From Glaucostegus cemiculus (Eukaryota): a DNA stretch of 64,000 nt. The stretch is from assembly GCA_976551045.1 (NCBI GenBank), contig CDPCPM010000180.1, positions 14,446,001 through 14,510,000 of the forward strand, read 5' to 3'. The translations under genes and the position numbers were made by a program. Below, piece by piece: positions 49,193-62,990 of the stretch. The notes beneath the pieces were generated by a model. The model was not told where the DNA came from, did not search any database, and saw nothing but the letters and a program-made list of their open reading frames with translations. The first letter of the stretch is position 1. Each line of letters opens with the position of its first letter.

Positions 49193-51380
49193 TGCAGATT
49201 CTTCTGTTTAAAGACGTTTAAAGAGCATCAAGGAAGGAGTGAGCAATTTTCAGAGCCCCCATATTTTTTCTTGTTTTAAAAGGTCAGAAAATTATTTTGC
49301 TGCGGTGATATTTTTGTATGTCTACAGGGTTGTGATGCTAGCAAAAATGTGAATAAAAATAAAGGTATTTAAAAAGAGATCTACTGTTTGATCACAGAGG
49401 AGACTGACCATTTACCTGTACACAACTTAAGCCTATTTGTGACTGTTTATTTGATGAGTAAATGTATTCGATAAATCCAACAGTATTACAACATTTGAAA
49501 GACTTCATTTTGATTTGGATCATAGGGACCACATCGATAGGCTGGTTAGCATATAGATACCTTCAAAGCATTATAGCCAGGTTGTTATCAACTCATTTTA
49601 TACAAAAAGAATCCATCATGTCCAGAAATACATGTTAAGCACCTATAGGGTTATATTTCTGAATGTCTACTCACATTATAGCCTTCACCCAACAATCTTT
49701 GTCCCTGCTCCATTACCAAAAAAGAAAGTCTACATAATTATTGCTGGATTCCAGTTGTTGAAAGCTGAACTAGTGCAGGGGTTGTGCTACCCAAATGCAA
49801 AGCAACAAAGTAGACTTCTGTGAGGGGCATATACAATGGATTGGATGCAGTTCCTAGATACCAAACCAATTTAATGTTTGACACTATGGGCCAGCTTGCA
49901 TTGCATGCGGCTTCCTAAGTTTAGTTGGAATTGGTGGACTTTGCTTCTATGCTATCTATTTACACCATAACTGATCTTTATTAAATACATGAAGCAGAGT
50001 TTGGGTTAACAATGCCAGATTGCTGTAGGAAGCATTAATTTCCTCCTTCTCAATTATTTAGTTAAGAAAATGTAATGAAGTTGCTTTATTTGCATTTTAA
50101 TGTGATTACCATTTGTGAAAAATATTAAAAAGAGAACATGACTAGTGATATTTGAATGCAATATTATGAGTCCTGCAGTATAATTATTGTGAATGTGCAT
50201 ACACTCTTATTTCTTAGCAGTTTGATTTTTCTATTTTGTTTACGTAAAGTGTAATGACACTGGGCTGGGATATAAATAACTTTTGGTGTAAATTAATTAG
50301 CTAGACTATTCAAAAATACCTGAGAGGTAAGGTTACAGTTTTGTTGGTCAGAGGGCAAACCCTTGTTGGATCTCACAGCCAGAATGTAGTTCCTCAAATT
50401 ATACACATGACTGCCTTTAGGTGGGGTGAGGGTGAATGCATAATTTCTCACCTGCAAATGTATATTGATACTGAAATTCAAGCCTTTAAGAAACACTTCT
50501 GGACTAAAAGGTCACTCAATATGAGGCAAGTACTTTAATCTCAAAGTACCTCTCCATACTTAATCGGGTCTTCAAATTACACGGTGGGATGGTAATAAAT
50601 GAATGTTTAAAATGCTTGACTGGAGTTTCCTGCTGCTTTTTGTTTTAGGTATTATCCCACTTAATTTAAATATATTAAAATGCATCTGGTTAAATAATGA
50701 TAAGAGTAAGTTCAGACAAACATCACAGTGTTCGTGTGCTTTTATCCCATAGTGTACTTTACTGCTCTCTCAAGCTTTCCCATTCAGTTACTGATAGATC
50801 TGTAAGATATTTGTATATATTCACTTTAGACTGTAGTTTTCCAAAATCTGGCAGTTTTGTGTTACAAACATCTGTTCCAAGTCCTGTAAACATGATGCTT
50901 TGATCTTTTGTATGCTGAATTTCTTTTGCATCTCTCAAAATATAGGTATGTTGTGAATTGTAACTCTTCAGACTTTTCTAATGCGATCTATTTCTGATGG
51001 AAGCATAAACAAAGTGTGTGAGTGCACCTTTCAGTCAAGAAATGTGTGAGCGAAGAGAATCCTAGCAGCAAAGGAGACAAAAGCGCATAAAAGAATTGTT
51101 TTGGTAACAAAATCAGCTTCCAGAAACAATGTTACTACAGTCCAAATGGCTTATCCAGGGCAAGAAGGAGGAACCTAAGAGTGACCGATGGATAGGCTGG
51201 GCCACTTGTTTTCCGGTATATAGCCACTCACGTTTTATTAAGATTTATTTACTGGTGCATTTCCATGCATTTCAAACTGTTCTGCAATGTATATTATTTA
51301 TAGAGTAGTAGAACTACAGATGATTTTATTTATAGTATTCTATGAATAAACTTTTAAAATAAAAGAGTATCTTACAAGGT
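49193..51380 (+). other. RPRD1A: Probable 3' UTR with proximal and distal poly(A) signals
   Basis: AT-rich, with no recognisable repeats. Tandem AATAAA at 49352 and 49358, and again at 51345 and 51358. Repeats resume at ~51660. Confidence 0.6.
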
Positions 51381-51661
51381 AAACGCTGTAAATGTATGAC
51401 TGATTTTAATGCAATACTTTGTATAGCTTCGTGTGAAAGCATCATGCACATCAATAGTAAATTTGAGGCAATCATTGGAAGCTCTGGGACAGGATTAGGG
51501 AGGATGGGGCAGTAGGGTTAGCTATGCCCCTTTATCCAATTCAAATATGGCATATTGGGCATGTGCCAGATCTTTGGCCTTCCCCATCCCAAACCTAAAT
51601 TCCCCCAAGGCTTTCTGTGCTGAATTTTTGAACACAGTATTCTCTCCAGCATCTCCATTAT

Positions 51662-51828
51662 CATGAAATAAAACCAGAAAATGCTGAAAATACTCAACTG
51701 GTCAGGCAGTATCTGTGGAGAAAGAAACAAAGGTGTTCATCAAATGCACTTTCACTTGATGTGATGAAAGATCATTGACCTGAAACATTAACTCTGTTCC
51801 TCTTTCCACAGGTGTTGCCTGATCTCAT
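51662..51828. mobile_element. Penelope-derived fold-back fragment with degenerate hammerhead core
   Basis: Forward GAAATAAAACCAGAAAATGCTG..GGCAGTATCTGTGGAGAAAGAAAC, then inverted GTGATGAAAGATCATTGACCTGAAACATTAACTCTGTTCCTCTTTCCACAGG. Confidence 0.65.
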
Positions 51829-52319
51829 TTCAAGCTCTCCCTTATATGGGAGACCACTTCCTGCACTCTTTACCTCATTCCCAAGTAAATTATTTTTGCC
51901 TAGTTCCCACGTGAGCTGATACCTTCTAATTTCCTGTTCCTTTCTCTGACAAATCTGTCATCATCACTGTTCTCAAAGAGTGACTTCAATGTACTGTTCT
52001 TGCTCTTCTGCCCCAATGGAAACGTCCCCTTCTTCACCGGTGAAATAGGCATTTCCACAGATCCATGTTTGAATCCCTCCGGTAGGTTTCCCATCCATTC
52101 TTCTTCCTATGATCTACTTGATATCCTTCAACAATATCATCAGCAAAGTGGACCTCAACATTGATGCCACCACAATGGGCAGCAAATGATCTATGCAGTT
52201 AGTGGCAGAGTTTGAAATCTGAACCCCATACCACAACCTTTTACAGATTTGCACATCGGAGTGGCCAGGTGGTCTTGCATGGTATTGGGAGGGTATTTTG
52301 GCAAAGTTACGATGGGTTC

Positions 52320-52610
52320 TTCATTCTTCTCTTTAGTGGGTTGATCAGGATCAAGGATGATTTACTTCCACTCCAGTTTTGAGGGTTCTGAGGTGCCTAA
52401 TGATGCCAATGTGGGAGCTACAAACTCTTCCACAAATGGAGCAAGAGGTGGTTGATGGGGCATGTGGATGGGTAATTTGTGAGGTGGTTCATGCCCTCTA
52501 TTACTTAGATAGAGCCTCGTGGTACTCCACACTTCACAGACTTAGGGTTCACAACACCATCCCAATGCTCCGTCGTCATTTTGAGTGATCTTGGGCCAGA
52601 GGTTCCTAAT
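52320..52610 (-). mobile_element. RTE-like LINE 3' fragment
   Basis: GATCAAGGATGATTTACTTCCACTCCAG..GGGTTCTGAG..TGTGGGAGCTACA; homologous to 46378-46770. Confidence 0.55.
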
Positions 52611-52641
52611 CTCTCACCATTTAGATAATATGTTTTTTTTA

Positions 52642-53420
52642 TATAGAATCATAGAACTCAGCAGCACAGAAAAAGACCCTTTCAGCCAACCATCCTGCCT
52701 TTCTACATTAATCCCATTTGTCTGCATTAGGCCCATATCACTCTGTACCTTTCCTTTCCAAGTACTTGTCCAAATGCCTTTTAAATGTTGTAATAGCTTC
52801 TGTCTGCACCACCTCATCTGACAGCTCTTTCCAGGTAACCACCGTCATTTATGTGAAAAACATAACCCTCACCTTAAACTTCTCCTCTCTTGCCTTCAAC
52901 CTGCGCCCTCTAGTTCTGGACAGCGCCACCCCGGAAAAAAGACGTGGTGATTATCTACCCTAGCTATGGCCCTCATAATTTTATAAACCTCTTAAAGGTC
53001 ACCCCTCAGCCTCCTATGTTTCAGTGAGAATAAAACTAACCTATCCAATCTCTCCTCATAACTACAGACCACCATTCCAGGCAAGATTCTGGTGAATCTC
53101 TTTTGTAACCTCACTGTTGTTACCGCATCCTTCCTGCAGTGTGGTGATCAAGACTGTACACAATACAAAGTGCAGTCTACCCATTTTTTTCTACAGCTGC
53201 AACATGATATCTCAGCTCTTATATTTAATGCCTCGGCCTATGAAGGCATAAACATGCCAAATGCCTTCTTCCCTACACTATCTATCTCCATTGCCACTTT
53301 CAAGGAGCTATGGACTTGCATCCCAGGGTCTCTCTGTTCATCAATGCTCCTAAGCTCCCTGCCATTTAACCTATATGTCCTATGAGAATTTGATTTTCCA
53401 AAGTGCTTTACCTTGCACTT
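52642..53420 (-). mobile_element. CR1 3' fragment (older CR1 sequence continues ~53550-54070)
   Basis: KCKVKHFGKSN..QRDPGMQVHSSLKV and terminus ATAGAATCATAGAACTCAGCAGCACAG. Confidence 0.85.
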
Positions 53421-53548
53421 AGAGACACAAGAGACTGCAGATGCTGGAATCTGGAGCAACACACAAAAAGCTGGAGGAACTCAGCAGGTCAAGCAGCATC
53501 TATGGAGGGAAATGTAGAGTCGACATTTTAAGTCAAGCCCCTTCATCC
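53421..53548 (-). mobile_element. Penelope-derived terminal-repeat fragment
   Basis: GACTGCAGATGCTGGAATCTGGAGCAAC..GCTGGAGGAACTCAGCAGGTCAAGCAGCATCTATGGAGG..GTCGACATTTTAAGTCAAGCCCCTTCATC. Confidence 0.75.
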
Positions 53549-54689
53549 TTCCAGCCAATCTTCTCTTCACATCAATCTCTTACACCACAAGCATTTGATT
53601 TGGCACATTATCAAATGCCTTCTGGAAATCTAAGTATTGTACATACTCCATTTTCCCTTTATCTACAGCACAAATATTTCAAAAAGCACAAATAAATTGG
53701 TCATATATGATTTTCCTTTCACAAGAGTATGTTGACTTTAACTGATTGTCTTGAATTTTTGTAAGGTACCCTGCTATAACGTCTTTAATAATGGCTTCTA
53801 ACATTTTCCCTATACCAGATTAATTAACTAATTTGCCTATAATTTTCTGCTTTCAATTTCCCTTTTTCAATAAAGAATTTACATTCACTATTTTTTTAAT
53901 TGAATGTAACCTTCAAATCTAGGTCATTTTAAAAAATTAAATGCATCATGTCAGCTTTCTCACTAGCCATTAACAACAGCCATTTCCACCAGTCTATCAG
54001 GGCCTGGAGACATGCCAGCCCATAGCTCCAACAATTTGCTCAGTACCACTTTCCTAGTTATTCTAATTCTCCTGGGTTCTTCCCTTCCAATTCCCAAGTT
54101 ACGTATCAATGTCTAGGGTCCACAGTGAAATCTGACACAAAAGCAGGATATCAAAACTGCTGAGATCGGAGGCTTACTCCAGCTGCAGGGTGTAATTGAA
54201 TTTTTTTATACATTGGCCAATGTGAAGCTCACTAGCAAGACCATCATTTATTGTCAATCCCAGAGTGCCCCGATAAGCTAATGGGGGGGTCCGCCCTTTC
54301 TACCTTAGATTCACACAAGCAGCTGTGGCAGTGCTTTATCAGCGCCTTGCTCAGACTTCCCATGTAAGTAGCAATTTTTCTGGAGATCCTTGCATTTCAT
54401 GCTTACCACCAACAAAGCATAAGGAAAGAAATGTGGAAGTAAGAACAGTATAGTTATCAAGACTCTGTAAAATGGAATGATCCTTACTAATCCTGTTAAT
54501 CATTTTATTGCTTAAGATATAATGTCCTCTTGGACCCTTATTGCTCTCTCAAGCTATTCATGTTGATTTACTTCCTTGATTATATTGCCTTCTAAGTCCT
54601 TCCAACTTTTTTTAACTTGCCTTACCCCAAGTGAAAATATTAGTCTTGAATGTCCTGATACAAAAGACGGCTTAGAATGGCATCTGAAA

Positions 54690-55170
54690 TTTTTTTTAAC
54701 TCCTTGTAAGCTGATTCCACAGATTGCTTGAGTTGCAGTTGAGGTAGTGCTCCACAGTCTTCTTAGGAAGGTCTGATTCAGTGACAGTGGAGAAATGGTA
54801 AGGTCTTTCTTATTCAGGGTGTTGTGTGACATGAAGAGAACCCTATAGGTAGTGCTGTTCCCATGCATCCGCTGCCCTTGTTCTTCCAGGTGGAAGAGTC
54901 CCAGATTTGCAAAGCTTTGTCTCAGATTCTATGCATATTTTGTGGAAGGCACATCCTCTGGGTACAGTGTACTGAGGGTGGAGAGAATGAATGTCTGAGG
55001 TGATGAATGGGGCATCGACCAAATATGCTGCATTACTTAAATGCTATTGATCTTTTTCAGTGTTGGAGCTGTGATTTTGATGTTCGGTATTGGAGTTATA
55101 CATACCCAAGCCAGTGGGGAATATTCAGTCGTGCTCTTGACTTGTTCCTTGCAGATTCCAGAAAACCTTT
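54690..55170 (-). mobile_element. Old CR1/L2-group LINE fragment
   Basis: GTGCTGTTCCCATGCATCCGCTGCCCTTGTTCTTCCAGGTGG and TGTTGGAGCTG..CCCAAGCCAGTGGGGAATATTC motifs, recalled from a common elasmobranch LINE. Confidence 0.5.
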
Positions 55171-57685
55171 GGGAAGCTTTCCCTTCACTTTAATTCCCCA
55201 TAATCTTTTGAACCCAGATCAAAGTTTAGGCCAAACTTTATATCCTTGAACATGTGACTCATGACATCTGTAAGTATCCTGTGCCAAACTGCAAGGGAGC
55301 AATATAATCTGAACTACAGGAGCAAACCACTAGCGCCATGAAGCAAGTTGCATGAATCACTGTGCAATATATGCCTGTGATTCAACAAATTCTCAGTAAT
55401 ATGCTAGTGGCACCACAAGTTTTCTGTTCAAAGGAGCCACTCCTTAGAACCATCTATGATGGAAGATATTGTGGGGCTGTGTGGGGTTCTGCAGGTACAA
55501 CAGCTGGGGGTTGAACAGGAGTAATGTGCTGCCTTCCCTTCCAGCTTTCAGTACCTATGATCACTTTGGTCATGTAATCCTTTCAACACCAGTCCATTTT
55601 ACTATTACACCGAGTCCAGCCACATAAATGTTTGTCAGCATGGATATTTTAATCATATTGAATGGCAAGCTAACAAAACAAAGAGACCAGTTGCAAGAAT
55701 TTACTGACTGCTCTCTGTATCTCCTTTTATTGGTTGTAAATTGGTTCCCTATATTTACACAAAACATCTTGGTGAGGGAGCCTTCAACAAAGCGCAATGC
55801 TCTGCCACATTAATGACAGGGAAACGTCCTCTTTTACTCTGTTGCTGACTCATTTATTTTATATGACTCCTACATTATGTGATAAATGATTGTCATCACT
55901 GTCTAAATTTAGCCTTTGTTCTTGATCTGAATTGATATTTCTTCATTAAAATCTGTTGAGAAAATACAAATGCAGCTTTTATTGTAGTAATTTTCTTCCT
56001 GGCACTTGAATAGGCTGTTGTTTAAATTTCACTATAGGCAAAGTGGTTCAGTTAATTCCCACCCTAAATTTAAGGTTGCAGCTCCAAGCTGTGTTCCTTC
56101 ACAAAATCTATAAACTATGAAAAATATGCTGAAGCTCATTCTGCTAATATATCTCAAAGAGACCAGCAGACCACAGAGGAATACCACTCTATTCATTCGT
56201 CCACACAATCAAGAGCTTTCTCCATTTATTCTTCCTCTTTAGATATTTGGACATCCAGGAATCTCTAGCTTTGATTAATGCTCCTTTCTCTGTTCCGAAA
56301 TGTGACTAGTATGAAAGCCCTCATTATTTATTTATTGCTGCTCATCTTTAATTCCAACCATCCAGGTAAAAATCTCTTTGCAATTCATAGGAATTAGCTC
56401 TTTCCTAGTTAATACCTTTATTTCTGCTTGTTCCTGGATCACTTACAAAATTTCTCACAGCCCAAAGCATTCAAAAAACCTTAGTGCTTTCACTCGCATA
56501 TTCTCGCAGTAGCTTTATCTAGCAGGTTGTTATTGAAAGGTGGGATAAAGACAACATGATATCAAGGAATAAACAACTACCCTTACTGTGATCCTCACCT
56601 GCCATGCATGCAGAGTTAAAATCCAGGTCAAGCCTTTTTAATTTGCACTGGTGCTCCCATTGGTGGCCTCGATCTACTTAGCCCAAGTTGATCAAAACTC
56701 TTAATTATTTTGAAATAATTACACCATAATCTATAGTTTGCCAAAACAAAATACTTTTGTCCTGTAGGTCTGTACTATTAACTAAGGAGACAAATTAGAT
56801 ATCAAATGAACAGCCTCTCCTGGACTGTGCAACATAATGAGAGAAGAAAGGAAAGCATCTTCACCATCTGATGTGCTGCATGGTAATCATCAGATAATCT
56901 TGGTGACTGAGAAACATGGTAGAATATTCACATCCATTATCTTTATCAAAGCTTCTTCCCTCCAGTGGAGACTTCATGTCTTCAAGCACACAAAGCACCT
57001 CAATAATTTGGAGGCACAAGATACTGCAGGTGCTGGAATTTGGAGCACATGATTTTAATAATGTAAGCAACAGGTAAGGTTTTGTTTCCTATTGACCCCT
57101 CTGGCTCAAACTATCTACATCGCATAATGTTCTTTGCTGCTAATAATAGTCCTGCCTCACATGATAATAATGGGCCAAATTGGTCCAATTTGACTAACAT
57201 CTTCTGTCAGATAGACAGATAGATTCCAAAAGTACTCTTACCAGAACCTGTCATGTGCAACAGCCCCTGTTTAAGTATTTGAAAAGACTGCTCTTCAAGT
57301 TCTGGTGTAGTTCAGCACCACAATCCTGATCTTTGGGTATCTAGCGTGGATGGGAGAGGTGGGGAAGGATGGGGAGGTGACAGATCAATCATAGGACCTC
57401 TTCATTGGTCTGCTTTTGAGCCTGGTCAGTGTTATTATGTGCATGTCTGAGTATCCATGGAAAGGGAGCATGTGGTTTCCATTGGCTCATTGGAAGTCTT
57501 CCAGGGCACCCCAGAGACTAGAGTACATCCTGAGCTGTGGGGAATCACATTTTAATCTAAAATTGATGTAAATAATGAACAAAGATATTGTTTTAAAATA
57601 AACTGTAAGAACTCTATTAGTTTCAAGGCTCTCCTGCCATTCCACACAATTAAAATTTGTGTTGAAACCCCATGGACTATTTACT

Positions 57686-58335
57686 TTTAGATTAGATTAG
57701 ATTAGATTAGATTAATTTATTATCATATAAACCAGGGTGCAATGAAATTCCTTGTTCACTCAGAGTAAAAAGTATACATGGAAATAATCAATCCAACAAT
57801 AAATACAGCGATAAACGTACAACAGCAGAATGGTACAAAGACTGCAGTGCAGTCTGAAGTAGTGCCAAAAGAAATACTAAGTGACACCAATAGAATAACC
57901 GAGACAGGTAGAATGAAGAGCACGAGAACATGGCAGCACCACCAGGAAGGTGTTGTGAAGCAGGAGCCTGATAGCAGTGGGGAAGAAGCTGTACTTGAGT
58001 CTGGACATCCAGGCTTTCAAGCTACTGTATCTTCTCTCAGAAGGTGGAAGAGAGACAAGAGAATGGCCAGGGTGGCAGGCATCCTTGATGATACTACCAG
58101 CTTTCCTGACGGAACGCACTGTGAAGATGGACTGAAATACAGCAAGTGACAAGCCTGTGATGGACTGAGCTGTGTTTACCACTCTCTGCAGGTTTAGTCA
58201 GTCAAAAGCAGAACAGTTGCCATACGAGGCTGAGATGTAACCCATTAGAATACTTTCTATAGCTCATCTGTGGAAGTTCAAGAGAATCCTTGTGCACATG
58301 CCGAATCTTCTCAGAGGCCTAAGAAAGTGAATACA
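57686..58335 (-). mobile_element. Rex1-type LINE 3' fragment with (ATTAG)n tail
   Basis: VNTAQSITG..RKAGSIIKDACHPGHSL..PSERRYSSLK..RLKYSFFPTAIRLL; (ATTAG)n at ~57686-57714. Confidence 0.9.
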
Positions 58336-60404
58336 CTTTGTAAATGGAAGATAATAAATGAGATGTTGATGTTAAGTGATGTTATAACATTAATTGCTAT
58401 GAAAATGTTGATTTGAATGTTCTATATTTACATCATTTTATGAATAAAATATATTTTGAAATAAAAAGGTATCTCACCAAAAGTATTAGCAATTGTGCAC
58501 TTGAGGGCACTTTTAAGCAATATCCTAGCAAAAATGATTCTTTGTTAAAGTTATCTTGTAAGTGTTGATGCTTACTTCTGACTATCACAAAATATTGAGG
58601 ATAGTTTTCTGCTCAAAGCTCACCTCAGTGTTAAGTTGCCTCACATTGTTGCATTCAGAAAAAATGCATAATGGCTACTGTTAGCAAGTGCACCACAGAA
58701 TTATGTCCATGATTTCCCACAGAGAATCATGCTCATGAATACCAGGTTCTGGACTGATTTAAATATCGTTCAGTGGCATTTCTGCTTCTGTAAGGAAACC
58801 ACCTTATGGAGAATTACTGTTAGTCTGCAAATTTCTGCAAAAGAACAGTACATCCAACAACTTTAGAGACCATGTCCAAACTCATTATTATAACTATATC
58901 TCCTCAAATATTGTGATGGACAGCATTTAAACAGACTAATTCTATCTTTTCTGCCACAATGCCATTTTAATACTGGACTAAAGTACTTACCCTGTATTGT
59001 GGGAACATGGCTAATGAACTTCTGTCATTAAAAGTTTATTGTACCTTCAATAATATTAGGATACCAGATTTTCATCACAGCATCCAGACAAAAGTCTGCC
59101 AACCCTAAATGCTGTTGCTCAGTGCAGGTACATTAATTGCTTAAAGTTCATGGTGTATGTGAAATATACCATTCATAGTTTATCTCTAATAACCAATTGA
59201 GAGGGATAAAATGAATGCAGTTCATTTAGTGATTAATTCATATGAAATTAGTCAAGCCTTTGTTGTACCTAATTAAATCATTAATAAATTTAACTGAATA
59301 TCTGTTAAGTTAATATTTCAGCATGACAACTAGAAGATTGCAATGAATTCAGCAAACTGAACAGTGAATATGAGATCTTTTTAAGCACTGGCATGCAATG
59401 TAATGTTAAGAATGTTTATTTGAAGAAGTTCCATTACCTGATAAGTGAAATAATAACTAAATGGGACAATTTAGCACAGTAGCAAATGATAACACTGAAT
59501 CTTGTGAAATGAAATGGTACTGAAATTGCAAGACATACCCAATCATATAACTGATTGAAAACTAACCCCATTTTATCATGAGTCTACAATTTGTTGATCA
59601 CATTAATGATATATAGCACATGATGATTTAGTTATATCCTATATTTCAATTGTTAATCCTCAAAGTGTTAAGTTGAGCCAGGTAAAATTCCAGAGGTTCT
59701 TATCTTGATGATTTTCTCCTTCCTACAAAATATGAATAATCTTCAAAGGAGTCAAGGCTGTACAGACTCCGCATAGCTTATTAGATATAATGAGCTCAAT
59801 GTCTTGAACAGTTGTGTCTATGAAGGAGGCATCCTACTCTTTACTGTTGGATTTCACTAGCTTAGATGTCGTTATGGACTGTACCAATGAGATCATTTAA
59901 TGTGAAAAAGAAAGTAAACTATTAATGCAAAAACTTAGCAAACATCTGTTTCTGAAGGATGAAAAATTTTCTTCCTTTATTGTTAGAATACAATTTGCTG
60001 TGACATCATGTTCTGCAATCATGAGGTTAAAGTGTGTTTTATATATAAGTAGTTTTTATAATTATATTTTTTTTCATTTTTCAAGTGTGGGGTCAGGCGC
60101 AGGCATTAGAAGCTCACTTTCAATTTAGTCACAGGGACCGTGGAGTTCATTGTACAGCAGGAGATCAGGACTATTCCTGGCCACACACAATAATAATAGA
60201 AATCTCACCTCTTGTAAACTTTCCACCTGTAGTAGAAAGAAAACTAGTCACAGAGTTAGTGGCACATGCTCCAGACAATCCTAAAATGACCAATGGGCAG
60301 CAACATTCAAGGCTTGGGAGAAACTGAGAATAGGCAAGCATCAACTGGAATAAATCCATGATGTTATACGGAGGCCAGGAATGGTTGGAGTGTTACTCCT
60401 GGCT

Positions 60405-60950
60405 TCACAGGTACAGGCTGTTTGGCCCACCATATACATGCCACTTGTTGTATTTAGTTATACTAATACCATTTACCTACATTAGGTCTGTAGCCTTCTA
60501 TACCTTGGAATTCAAGTACTTATCTAGGTGCTTCTTAAATGTCATGGGAGTATTTGCCTCCACCAGCCCTTCAGGAAGCACATTCCCAAACTCCGACAAC
60601 CCTGTGTGAAAAAATTACCCCTCAAATCGCCTCTGGACCTTCTACCTCTCACCTTAAACCTCTACACTCTTGTCTTTGACATGCACACCATGGGAAAAAT
60701 ATTCTAAGTATCTATCTATGCCTCTCTTAATGTTATATACCTCCATCATGTCACCACGCAGCCTCCTCTGCTCCAAGGAAAACAAATTCAGCCTCTCCAG
60801 TCTCTCCTGATAACTACCATGCTCCATCTAGGCAACTTCCTGGTGAATCTTCTCTGCTCCCTTCCAGTGCATTTACATCTGTTCTACAGTGTGGTGCCAG
60901 AACCGCATACAGTACTCCAGGTGTGAGCTAACCAATATTTCATACAGATG
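60405..60950 (-). mobile_element. CR1 3' fragment
   Basis: CCTCTCACCTTAAACCTCTAC, CCTCCTCTGCTCCAAGGAAAAC and CCAGAACCGCATACAGTACTCCAG. Confidence 0.85.
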
Positions 60951-61981
60951 GATAAATTTTGAGCATGCCCATCAACGGTCTTTAAAAAGACCATTATTTG
61001 ATCACACAACACTCAGGCATGCTGGAGGAATGCACTCAGTATCACAAAAAGATGCATCTGGGGGCCCAGCATCTTCCAGGTAAGTAGACAAAAGGCTACT
61101 ATAAAAAGGCTACTTTGCATATTCAGGATGCCCACCACCTAAATAAATGGGTGCTTCGGTTGCTCAAGGAAAGCTTCTACAGAAATGATGTCAAAAATTT
61201 AGCATTAATAGAGCCTTTTGCCTTGTTAATGTAAATATAGCCAGGTGATAATCAGCCCCTTCTCCACAAGGTCACATATTGTTCAATGCAATTAGCAGCT
61301 GATTCAAATATAAATTCTCTTCATCTCCTACATTGGTCTATACTGTATATACATATGTGAAATGATACGCCCTGAGTTTGGTTGCTAAATATAAATAGCA
61401 TAGATCATGTTTGTTATTGTACATATTTTCATCCAATGACATGTTAAGTAGAGGATAGAACCTGGACCTGACTGTGCCTGTTTTGTCCACTTACCGGGAG
61501 GAAGCTGGTTAGGAACTGGCCACACTTAAAAAGTGAGCTTTAGAACTTTTAATTTTAATATACAAATGATCAGGAGGCTAATAAATACATATTTAAGTCT
61601 GATCATTAAATATACATAACCTGGTCCTCAATCAAAACCTCTGTTTTTTAGTTAAAAACATGTTCCATTTCCTCACTTATTATCGTTCAATCCGCATACC
61701 CTTGCAGGAAGATGGACCATTGGCTGTTTTTTGTTCCACCTGGGTACTGCACTTAACTCTAAGAGCAAATTGTAAATTGAAAATTAAAAATTGCAAAACT
61801 GGGACATTGGGATTAAAGATCCTAAAATGGGGTAAAACCAGTTTTACTAGACTGAGATGTAACTTAGCAAAAGTGGACTTGAAACAATTACTTGATGGTA
61901 AATTATTGTCAGAGCAATGGAAGATGTTTAAGATGAAGATACAAGGGGTTCAGCTAAATGTGTTCCTCCAAGGAAAAGGGA

Positions 61982-62990
61982 AATAGGAGCAAGATTAGAC
62001 CATTCAGCCCCTTAGGTCTGTGCCACCATTCAATGATCTATGCTGGCCTCAGCTCCTCTTCTGTGGCAGTTTGCCATAACCCTCAATTCCTCAATCTTTC
62101 AAATAATTATCTATCTTCACCTTAAATATATCTAATGATTTGGGCTCCACCACCCTTGGAGATAGAATATTCAGAGATTCAATACCCTCTGAAAGAGAAA
62201 AAATTCTCTGGACCTTAGTTATGAATGACTGGCCCCTTATGTTGTAGCTATGTCCCCTTGTTCATTACTCTCCCACTGGTGGAAACTTCTTAACATCTAC
62301 CCTGTCAAGCACCTTTAGGATCTTATATGTTCGAATAAATTCACTCCTCATTCTCCTAAACAAGCCATACAGACCCAAATTGTCAAGCCTCCACTGATAG
62401 GACACCCTCTCATCCCAGGAATTAGCCTGGTAAACCTCCTTTGGACTGCCTTCAATGCTACTAGATCCTATATTAGGTAAGGGGACCAAAACTGTGTGCA
62501 ATATTCCAGGTATGGTCTCACCAACACTCTGTGCAACTGCAACTAAACTTCCCTATTCTTAATCTCCAACCCATGTGCAATGAAGGCCAACATGCCATTT
62601 GCCATCTTAACTACTTGTTGGGCCTATCTGTTAACTTTTTTGTGATTCAAGTACTGGAACACCTAGAACCCTTCTGACTTCTCTCATTTGTAGCCTCTCT
62701 CCATACAGATAATAATCCACCTTTTAATTCCTCTTACCAAAGTGCATGACCTTACACCTCCCCACATTAGACTCCATTTGCCAGATTTTTGCCCAATTAC
62801 TCAATGTACCTGTCCCGTAGCAGAATCACAATGTCGTCATCACAACATGCCCTTCCACCTATTTTTGTATCATTAGCAAAATTGGAAACCTTATATTTTG
62901 TTCCCTCCTCCAGGTCATTAGTACAAATAGCAAATAATTGAGGCCAAGAATCGATTCCTGGAATATTCCACTAGTTTCATCCCTCCATTT
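61982..62990 (-). mobile_element. CR1 RT/3' fragment (preceded by an old + strand CR1 piece at ~61770-61980)
   Basis: Terminus AATAGGAGCAAGATTAGACCATTCAGCCC, YKILKVLDRVD, and FANDTKIGG codons in reverse at ~62850-62880. Confidence 0.85.

Noticed and set aside
57778-58149. 123-aa ATG-initiated ORF
   Set aside because: Antisense shadow of a Rex1 3' fragment.
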